Below are positions 17,236 through 24,569 of a stretch of DNA of 64,000 nucleotides, piece by piece. Source of the DNA: Candidatus Saccharimonadota bacterium. Its GTDB lineage: Bacteria > Patescibacteriota > Saccharimonadia > Saccharimonadales > SZUA-47. The notes below the pieces were generated by a model. It was not told where the DNA came from. It saw only the letters and a program-made list of their open reading frames with translations, and did no database searches. The stretch lies in the NCBI GenBank assembly GCA_016700315.1, contig CP065013.1, positions 65,449 to 129,448 of the forward strand, written 5' to 3'. Numbering within the stretch: the stretch's first letter is position 1; every line of letters begins with the position of its first letter. Position numbers and translations under genes: made by a program.

Positions 17236-17288
17236 CACATATTCCTTATCTGTATAAGGACGGACCTTATACAGATAAGGAATATGTG
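17236..17288. repeat. perfect 24-bp inverted repeat (hairpin with a 5-nt loop)
   Basis: cacatattccttatctgtataagg / acgga / ccttatacagataaggaatatgtg. It lies in the 360-nt spacer downstream of the CHAP hydrolase gene. Confidence 0.9.
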
Positions 17289-17411
17289 GGTTTTAAGTAA
17301 TTTTACGTAGCCGTTAACACGTAAAATACGCCGCAGTGATAAGATTTACAGATACAAATTTATATTAACTTAGGTTGCTTTATTTCACGCTGGGGATATT
17401 ATAGAAATCGC

Positions 17412-18560
17412 TTATGGGAAGCGAATGTATTTATTGAACATATAGATTGAGACTGTTGCTTCGCTGTAGCTACCTGTTAACTGCGCATTGTATTGGCTAA
17501 TACGCATTGTACCATCGCCATAGACTTGTTCTATGTATACAACATGCCCGTAGCCACCACCTGTTGCAACGCCCACGTCTCCAGCTTGTGGAGTATTGAA
17601 CTGCCATGAAGCTGGTGCTACATTCACCCAATTTTTGGCATTACCGTAGCCGACTGGCGCTTGTCTACCGGAACGCTCGACCGCCCATGCGGCATAGCTA
17701 ACACATTGTCGAGTACAGTAGTTCCAGCGGTCCGGACCTTCGCCGGGACCGCAGCCGCCAGGCGTCATACTAAAGGCATAGTCGTTATATGGATAGCCAC
17801 CGTTGTTTCCGTTACCGCTTTCCAAACGAATTGCCGCGAAAAGTGCCGCATTTACCTGCTGCTGTTGTGCTAGAAGGCCAGCGACTAGACCTTCGTAGGT
17901 TCTTTGATCGCCTTTTGTCTGCTCTAAGAGCTGCTGTTGTTCCTGCTGCTTGGTCGCTAAAATGTTGCGTTGATTTTCTTGTTCGACCAAAAGCGCTTTT
18001 TGTTCATCTTGCTCGGCCTGAATTTGTTGCTTAAGTTTGACAACCTCGTCGGCCGAATCTTTGACTGAAGTCTGCAAACGATCTAGATACTCTTGATTGC
18101 TGATAAAATCCGAAAAGCTTTCGCTGGCAATCAGAAGTTCAACCGGCGATGCACCTTTCTTCTGATACAAAGCTCGTAATGATGCTTTCAGAAGTCCTTT
18201 TTGGCGATCTAACTCTGCTTGAGTCCTGACTAAACGATCAGCTAGTTCTTCTAACTTAACTTGAGTGAGACGTATTTGGTCATTGGCTGTCGAGATTTCT
18301 GCTGTTAAGCCTTCGATTTTAACTTGAAGAGTTTGCGCTTGTGCTTGCAGTTCTTTAATACGTTGTTTGCTGGCATTTATCTGATCCTGAAGTGCGCTTG
18401 ACTGAGCGCGAAGTTCAACACTACTGGCTGCATCGGCTTTACTAGTCGGTTTTAGCTGCAAACCTCCAACGACAAATACGGCTGCTAAAAGAATCGCCGT
18501 GAAAAGTTTTGTTTTAGAAAGTTTTTGTGTTGTATTCACAACTTTTATATTGTACCACAT
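17412..18560 (-). CDS. PcsB-like secreted peptidoglycan hydrolase (coiled coil plus C-terminal CHAP domain)
   Basis: 382 aa with a signal/TM segment and a long Q/E/L-rich coiled coil. The CHAP domain reads CTRQCVSYAAWAV...GYGHVVYIEQV. It is adjacent to ftsEX. Confidence 0.75.
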   Translation of the reverse strand: MWYNIKVVNTTQKLSKTKLFTAILLAAVFVVGGLQLKPTSKADAASSVELRAQSSALQDQINASKQRIKELQAQAQTLQVKIEGLTAEISTANDQIRLTQVKLEELADRLVRTQAELDRQKGLLKASLRALYQKKGASPVELLIASESFSDFISNQEYLDRLQTSVKDSADEVVKLKQQIQAEQDEQKALLVEQENQRNILATKQQEQQQLLEQTKGDQRTYEGLVAGLLAQQQQVNAALFAAIRLESGNGNNGGYPYNDYAFSMTPGGCGPGEGPDRWNYCTRQCVSYAAWAVERSGRQAPVGYGNAKNWVNVAPASWQFNTPQAGDVGVATGGGYGHVVYIEQVYGDGTMRISQYNAQLTGSYSEATVSIYMFNKYIRFP

Positions 18561-18618
18561 AATGCAATACCTCCGTCTTATTTATAGAGGTAACTATATT
18601 GTAGCAAATGCAACCGGT

Positions 18619-18800
18619 GATTAGGGATTAGCAGCAAGCAGTAAGTCCGCCGAAGGCGGGCCTAGAACGATGAACGAAGAACGAGGAAGTCGAAAATCTA
18701 AAAAAAATTCATAAACAGTTATCAGCAAACAGTCTTCAGTCTTCATTCACGAGTATTCAGTCTTCATCTATCAACTATAAACCCGAAGCTTTAGCCCTTA
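18619..18800. repeat. phase-locked heptamer tract (26 units) ending at the ftsX stop codon
   Basis: gattagg gattagc agcaagc agtaagt ccgccga aggcggg cctagaa cgatgaa cgaagaa cgaggaa ... agtcttc agtcttc attcacg agtattc agtcttc atctatc aactata, all in one register. Confidence 0.8.
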
Positions 18801-19733
18801 CCAATGCTTCAGCTTCAAATGTCGTTCCATCGCCAAAAGACTCGAGAATACTCCTATCATTACCCCTATGAGAATCGAACCAAGTAACATAGCAATCATG
18901 ATAGAAGTTTTTGTAAAAAGTTGGTAAGTTGCAGCGAACTCTGCCTGTTCTGCTACTTTAGCTCCGATTGAAACGACCATTGCATAGACAATGCTGTTAG
19001 CCAAAATACCTGCAATTATCCCATATAAGGCCGACTCAACCAGGAATGGTCCACGTATGTAGTTAGGTGTAGCGCCGATTAACTTCATAATTCTTATCTC
19101 TTCTTGACGAGTAAAAATGGCCATTCTAATGGTGTTAAAAATTATCATGATTGAGATAATCGCCAAAGTACCGGCCGCCACAATACTCCCAACTGTTATG
19201 GACTTCTGCGCGCCGGCTGCACGATCTATCGTTTTTTTAGCGTCTGTTTGGCCAAGTGAAACGTTACTTACTATGTCTCTAAACTCGTTTGCTTCTGCAA
19301 CTGTCTGGACTTCTGAGATTCTTGATAAATCTTTGACGCTGACCTTATATGAGGCAGGCAGTACCCCGCCACCAACCAAAGCATAGGCCTGCAGAATCTC
19401 TTCATTATTCTTGAAGCTACCTGCTAAGTCCTTCTGGGCTTTTTCTGGACTGATGTATTCGATACTATCAACATTATTGTTTGCTTTTAGGGCGCTAAAC
19501 AGCTTTTGCCTGTCACTATCACTAACGTCGTCTTTGAGATAAACTGCTGCTTTTAGATTTTTGGCGATCTGGTTGATGGCGTTGCTGGCAGTTACATTCA
19601 AAACAACTGCTAGCTGGATTATGACCAAAGAAACAATCATAACTGCGATAGCTGCGATAGTCAGCCATGAGTTTCGGAAAAGGTTTTTGGCGCCCATACT
19701 GAGCACTCGACGGAGAGTATTGAGGTTTTTCAT
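18798..19733 (-). CDS. ftsX: cell division permease-like protein FtsX
   Basis: 311 aa with four TM helices and a large first extracellular loop. It overlaps ftsE by 4 nt. Confidence 0.85.
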   Translation of the reverse strand: MKNLNTLRRVLSMGAKNLFRNSWLTIAAIAVMIVSLVIIQLAVVLNVTASNAINQIAKNLKAAVYLKDDVSDSDRQKLFSALKANNNVDSIEYISPEKAQKDLAGSFKNNEEILQAYALVGGGVLPASYKVSVKDLSRISEVQTVAEANEFRDIVSNVSLGQTDAKKTIDRAAGAQKSITVGSIVAAGTLAIISIMIIFNTIRMAIFTRQEEIRIMKLIGATPNYIRGPFLVESALYGIIAGILANSIVYAMVVSIGAKVAEQAEFAATYQLFTKTSIMIAMLLGSILIGVMIGVFSSLLAMERHLKLKHW

Positions 19734-20416
19734 CTCTGGACGTACTCCGATCCAGCCCGATCACTTATTACGCGGCCGTCCTTAATTGTCACAACTCGGC
19801 GACGCAGTTTATTAACAATCTCCTGGTTGTGAGTAGTCAAGATCACGGTGGTTCCGAAACGGTTAATTTTTTCGAGGACGCGTATGACGTCCCACGCATG
19901 TTTGGGGTCGAGGTTGCCCGTTGGCTCATCGGCTATTAATATTTTGGGCTGTCTAACAACTGCTCTAGCAATCGCTACACGCTGACGCTCTCCACCAGAT
20001 AGTTCGGCCGGGTAAAAATGCTCTTTGCCCTTTAGCCCTACGATATCTAAAACTTTGGGCACTGTATGGGCGATCTCTTTGTTGCCCATGCCAACTATCT
20101 CTAGCGCGAAGGCTACATTCTCAAAAACTGTACGCTTTGGCAGCAGCTTAAAATCCTGAAACACAACGCCAATTTTACGTCGTAGGTATGGAATATCTTT
20201 GTTTTTCAGTTTGTCATAATCAACGCCGCCGATCACGATCTTGCCGCTAGTCGGGCGTTCTTCTCGGGTTAGTAGCCGTAGAAGCGTACTCTTACCCGCC
20301 CCGCTCTGGCCAATAATAATAACAAACTCTTTGGGTTCGACGTGTAAAGAGACACGATCGAGCGCCGCCCCCGCTTTTTTGCTATAAGCCATTGTTACCC
20401 GATCGAGCAGTATCAT
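19730..20416 (-). CDS. ftsE: cell division ATP-binding protein FtsE
   Basis: 228 aa with Walker A GQSGAGKST, signature LSGGERQR and Walker B ILIADEPT. Confidence 0.9.
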   Translation of the reverse strand: MILLDRVTMAYSKKAGAALDRVSLHVEPKEFVIIIGQSGAGKSTLLRLLTREERPTSGKIVIGGVDYDKLKNKDIPYLRRKIGVVFQDFKLLPKRTVFENVAFALEIVGMGNKEIAHTVPKVLDIVGLKGKEHFYPAELSGGERQRVAIARAVVRQPKILIADEPTGNLDPKHAWDVIRVLEKINRFGTTVILTTHNQEIVNKLRRRVVTIKDGRVISDRAGSEYVQR

Positions 20417-20466
20417 ACTCTTATAGTATAAAGTATCGAGTAATAAGTATAAAGCTTATGCGGTTT

Positions 20467-20808
20467 TTATCTGATATTACCCTTTATTACTTGGCCTGCC
20501 CGAAATACCCTTGATGCCTCAGCAGCACTCACATTAGCACTTTCTCTCATTAGTCTAGCATGCTGGAGTGGCGAGTGCGTATTTCTACCTGCTATCATGT
20601 CGTCCTCTGCCTTATTTACCGCTTTTACTACGGCCTCCTCTGCTAACTAGCTTGCGTGTGCCATTACTTCGGCTTCTCTAGGGTCTTGTACTGCATTGGG
20701 GTGTGCTTGCAGGTAGTCGTCTACTCTTTCTTCTTTAGAGAATTGTGGTTGATATGCCTGTTCAATCGGTAATGATTCATTTGTTTGTGTTGGAAATCCT
20801 TCGCTCAT
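20467..20808 (-). pseudogene. small hypothetical ORF interrupted by one in-frame TAG (codon 54)
   Basis: My translation is MSEGFPTQTNESLPIEQAYQPQFSKEERVDDYLQAHPNAVQDPREAEVMAHAS*LAEEAVVKAVNKAEDDMIAGRNTHSPLQHARLMRESANVSAAEASRVFRAGQVIKGNIR. The TAG is at 20647-20649. Confidence 0.3.
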
Positions 20809-20921
20809 TTTTGTATTCCTTTTTTATTTTTTGATTAATACAAAACGAATATTACTCTCTCTCTCGATTTGTCAAAGAAATAATAAACACCCTTTGCCAG
20901 AGGCCTGGCCTCTAGTAACTG

Positions 20922-21449
20922 TTACACTGGATACAATTTGTCCGTGAATCTATTGAGCCTAGCCTGATCTTCTACGTCAATACCGAAAACCGTAGGATGA
21001 ATCATGGGCAGCACTTCCACTTGTGGGACAATAGCATCACCTAAGAACCCCTCAATAACCCACTCTTCTGGCTGGCTATCGTCGAATGCTGTGAAAGCTA
21101 CGACTGCTAATACACCCGCGCTGTAGCCTAGTTCAATAAAGCTTTGCTGGTATAGACGTTCTTGACTTAGTCTAGGATTTGCAATCTGTTCTTCAAGCCT
21201 GGCCGCAGCAAGCTTCTTATTATGAGCCAGGCCAATATCGCAACTCTGTAAATATCTTAATAGGTTGTCCCTACCGATATCTGAGAAATCTTTTGGTTCT
21301 TCAGCATCACCAAGAGCCTTAATAACTGCGCGATTCATTTTCTCTAACTCTGCCGCTACGTCAGCAAAGCTTTCGAATTTATCGGCCTTTGGGGTTAGAG
21401 CCCAAATCTTTTTTTCTTTCTCTGCAAAAAATTTTACTTCTTTTGGCAT
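20922..21449 (-). CDS. hypothetical protein
   Basis: 175-aa ORF with an ATG start, divergent from 21526..22200. No recognised domain. Confidence 0.5.
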   Translation of the reverse strand: MPKEVKFFAEKEKKIWALTPKADKFESFADVAAELEKMNRAVIKALGDAEEPKDFSDIGRDNLLRYLQSCDIGLAHNKKLAAARLEEQIANPRLSQERLYQQSFIELGYSAGVLAVVAFTAFDDSQPEEWVIEGFLGDAIVPQVEVLPMIHPTVFGIDVEDQARLNRFTDKLYPV

Positions 21450-21525
21450 TTCTCATCTCCTTATTATTAGTAACTGAATTCTGCAGCATAGACAAAGCAT
21501 GTTCTAGTCGAATAAAATTACCTTG

Positions 21526-22200
21526 ATGGACTTACACCACGTACAAAGAGATGTAATTAAGAAACTAGTAGAGACATCAGGCGCTCGTTATTCAGATCTG
21601 AAGCCGAAGACTTTGGAGGGTAACGTGTTTACTTACCATCTGAAATCATTGATATCACAAAAACTAGTTCAGAAAGATAGAGATAGCTTATACTCACTTA
21701 CTAGCGAGGGTAAGCTATACTGCATAAACTCAAGCCAAAACAAAAAATTCACCCTTTATCAAGCTCATTCAATCATACTTATATACTCACTTATAGACGG
21801 ACTATGGTTGGTTAGAAAAAGACTTGTCCAACCGATGTTTGGAAAGTACGGATTTATTCACGGAGAACCGATAGCTGGGAAAACCATAATAGAGGCGGCT
21901 AAGTACGCACTGCTACGCAGAACTTCCCTAACTGCAGATTTTACCGTGATTGGCTCGGGCTTCATACATATCTCAGAAAATAATGAAACCGTTTCATATG
22001 TAAATTTTACCATGCTATTAGCAGTTAACTTGAAGGGTGAAATGATAGAGAAAGACGCGCATGGGGAGAACAAGTGGGTAACGTACTCAGAACTAATGTC
22101 GTTAGATTTAATCCCTAGTATGTGTGATCTTATCAACGCAGTTAAAAACAGTGAGATGTTTTTCCTAGACTTAAGCTACGATGTAGAAAGCTCCAAGTAA
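21526..22200 (+). CDS. winged-helix DNA-binding protein with a degenerate Nudix-like C-terminal domain
   Basis: The first ATG is at 21526 (the track starts at a TTG, 21523). The N-terminal wHTH pattern reads VQRDVIKKLVETSGARYSDLKPKTLEGNVFTYHLKSLISQKLV. The segment HGEPIAGKTIIEAAKYALLRRTSL resembles a Nudix box without its Glu residues. Confidence 0.5.
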   Translation: MDLHHVQRDVIKKLVETSGARYSDLKPKTLEGNVFTYHLKSLISQKLVQKDRDSLYSLTSEGKLYCINSSQNKKFTLYQAHSIILIYSLIDGLWLVRKRLVQPMFGKYGFIHGEPIAGKTIIEAAKYALLRRTSLTADFTVIGSGFIHISENNETVSYVNFTMLLAVNLKGEMIEKDAHGENKWVTYSELMSLDLIPSMCDLINAVKNSEMFFLDLSYDVESSK

Positions 22201-23249
22201 CTGAGCATAAACTCGTCAAGCCCACCGTCTAAGACACTCTGTGCATCAGTTGTCTCGTGCTTTGTTCGAGTATCTTTGACCATTGTGTATGGATGAAGGA
22301 CATAGTTTCGTATCTGGTTGCCCCACGCCGCCTGTTCATTCGGACCGCGTAGCTCACTTAGTTCTTCTTTGTGCTGCTCCTCAAGTAATTGCGCGAGCTT
22401 GGAGCGCAGAATCGTCATGGCCATGTCTTTGTTCTGAACCTGACTACGCTCATTCTGAATCGCCACGACAATCCCGGTTGGCAAATGCGTAATCCTTACA
22501 GCCGAGTCTGTAGTGTTGACACTTTGGCCACCTTTGCCACCACTTCGATAAACATCAATTTTGAGATCTTTTTCATCGATTACCACTTCACTATCTTGCT
22601 CAATAGCTGGTACGACTTCAACTTTGGCAAAAGAAGTCTGGCGCAGGCTGTCGGCATTAAAGGGACTTAGACGCACCAAACGATGTACACCATGCTCGGC
22701 TTTGGCAAGACCGTAGGCGTGTGGCCCAGCAATACTAAAAGTCACGCTCTTTAAACCCGCTTCCTCGCCGGCACTTCTGTCAATCACCACCGCCTTGAAG
22801 CCTTTCTGCTCTGCCCATCTTAGATACATCCGCTCCAGCATTTCTGCCCAATCTTGCGCGTCCGTCCCACCTGCCCCAGCGTGAATACTAATAATTGCTG
22901 GATAATCGTCGTGTGCCCCATTGAACAACAAGGCCGTTTTTAAGATGTCATACTCCGATTTAAGCTTGCTATATGACTGCTCTATTTCGCTACTCAGCGA
23001 CTCGTCACCGAGCTCAGCTAGCTCCGCCAGATCTTTGGCATTTTCGGTGAGCTTGGCCCATGTTTCTACTTCGTTTTTTAGGCTAGCAGCCTGACGACTG
23101 GTCGCCTCAGCGCTGCTTGGATCACCCCAAAAATCTGCTGCCTGCATCAACTGTTCCAACTTGGCTAAACTCTCAGATTTTTCAGTAATTTTAAGCTGGG
23201 CGGAAGCTTTTTTGATGTCTTCATAAAGCAGCTTGATTTCAGACAGCAT
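22176..23249 (-). CDS. prfB: peptide chain release factor 2
   Basis: It has the SPF tripeptide (VRLSPFNA) and the GGQ motif ([22 protein letters not shown]). I use the ATG at 23249; the track starts at a TTG, 23261. The frame is uninterrupted. Confidence 0.9.
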   Translation of the reverse strand: MLSEIKLLYEDIKKASAQLKITEKSESLAKLEQLMQAADFWGDPSSAEATSRQAASLKNEVETWAKLTENAKDLAELAELGDESLSSEIEQSYSKLKSEYDILKTALLFNGAHDDYPAIISIHAGAGGTDAQDWAEMLERMYLRWAEQKGFKAVVIDRSAGEEAGLKSVTFSIAGPHAYGLAKAEHGVHRLVRLSPFNADSLRQTSFAKVEVVPAIEQDSEVVIDEKDLKIDVYRSGGKGGQSVNTTDSAVRITHLPTGIVVAIQNERSQVQNKDMAMTILRSKLAQLLEEQHKEELSELRGPNEQAAWGNQIRNYVLHPYTMVKDTRTKHETTDAQSVLDGGLDEFMLSYLELSTS

Positions 23250-24538
23250 TACTTGCTCCAAACGGGCTTTAGGGTTTCGCTTAACTCACGTACAAAGCTA
23301 AGTTTTATGTTGCCTAGACTTGCAAGCCCCCAAATATTTTCCGTAAACATACTTTTGAACACCCTCGTCACATCTTCTACTGTCACAGCGTTCATACGCT
23401 CAGTAAAATGCGCAAAATCTTCTAGTTGATCTTCGAAATAGTATGAGGGTGTGTAACCGTTGACGATCCCGCTCACTGTCTGGCCTGAGCGCTGATACCG
23501 GCCGATGAGGTATTGGGTAGCAGCTTTGATCTCATGCTCTGCCAAAATCCCGCTATGAACACTGGCCAGCTCGTCGCGTATCATTTTGAAAAGTGCTGGC
23601 GCGTTAGCAAGGCTAACCTGCGCACCTAGCCACCAACCGTGACCTTTTTTGAGTGGCGACTGCCCTGAACCCATAGCATAAACCAATCCACGCTCACGAG
23701 CTAAGCCAAAAATCCTCGAATAAAGTGTCTCGGTAAGGAGCGTACTCGCTACAAGTAGCGCATCGCGGTCTTCGTTTTTGAGATGTTTCTTGGTGTAAGT
23801 GTCGAGATAAAAATACATATTTGGCACATGCGTACGTCTCACTACCAAAGGCTTAGCTAGCTTCCTTGGAACTTCCACTGGCAGCTCAAATCTAGGTCCG
23901 CCAGTCGGCACAGTCAAAAACTTAGTGAACATTTCCTCGATTTGCTGCTCGCGGCCCTTCAGTTTACCGGCAACAACGAATCGAGCGTTGTTGATTGTAT
24001 GGGTATTTCTATAATGATCGGCGACGTCTTTTAGGGTCACCTCCTTCATGGCTTCCAGGCGTTTTTGGTCGGTCATTGCTATAAGCCCCATCTGTTCCCG
24101 AAGAGCAATATTGAGATGGCGAAAATGATTATTGCTCCGACCGACTAATTCTTCACGAACATTACCGGCTTCGCTGACAAATTCTTCCTCCAAAAAAAGC
24201 GGTTCGGCAATGGCTACCAACAACAGCTCTAGCACCCGCTTCCATTCAAAATCTGCACACTCCGACTCGTAAGTTATGTCATAAACACCTGTAGAAGCGT
24301 TGCAGTAAGCACCGTTTTTTTCTATTTCAGCCTGGAATTCGCGAGCTTTTGGATAGCGCTTATTGGCACCAAGCAGCACATGTTCCATCAAATGCGCAGT
24401 CTCCCACTTACCACGCTCTAGAAGGTACTCACCTGCGCGAAAGTTTATCTCTGTATATAGAACATCTGCATCTGGCACATCAACGAATAAACCCTTGAGG
24501 CCGCTTTTGAACTTCACTTCTGTGATTGTATGTTTCAT
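23249..24538 (-). CDS. M16 (pitrilysin/insulinase) family zinc peptidase
   Basis: 429 aa with the HxxEH motif in TAHLMEHVLLG. Its stop overlaps the prfB ATG (TAATG). Confidence 0.8.
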   Translation of the reverse strand: MKHTITEVKFKSGLKGLFVDVPDADVLYTEINFRAGEYLLERGKWETAHLMEHVLLGANKRYPKAREFQAEIEKNGAYCNASTGVYDITYESECADFEWKRVLELLLVAIAEPLFLEEEFVSEAGNVREELVGRSNNHFRHLNIALREQMGLIAMTDQKRLEAMKEVTLKDVADHYRNTHTINNARFVVAGKLKGREQQIEEMFTKFLTVPTGGPRFELPVEVPRKLAKPLVVRRTHVPNMYFYLDTYTKKHLKNEDRDALLVASTLLTETLYSRIFGLARERGLVYAMGSGQSPLKKGHGWWLGAQVSLANAPALFKMIRDELASVHSGILAEHEIKAATQYLIGRYQRSGQTVSGIVNGYTPSYYFEDQLEDFAHFTERMNAVTVEDVTRVFKSMFTENIWGLASLGNIKLSFVRELSETLKPVWSK

Positions 24539-24569
24539 TCTTTAAGATGCTTACTTAAGACGCTGCCTC

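Noticed and set aside
20647-20649. Stop-codon reassignment (an alternative genetic code) as the explanation for the in-frame TAG.
   Set aside because: RF1 (PAT motif) and RF2 (SPF motif) are both encoded in this window. TAG, TAA and TGA all terminate well-supported genes here: rpmE and frr end in TAG, greA in TAA and xseA in TGA.
22176-23261. The programmed +1 frameshift (CUU UGA C) typical of many prfB genes.
   Set aside because: The RF2 frame is continuous from the N-terminus (MLSEIKLLYEDIKK...) through SPF and GGQ. There is no in-frame UGA and no upstream short ORF.
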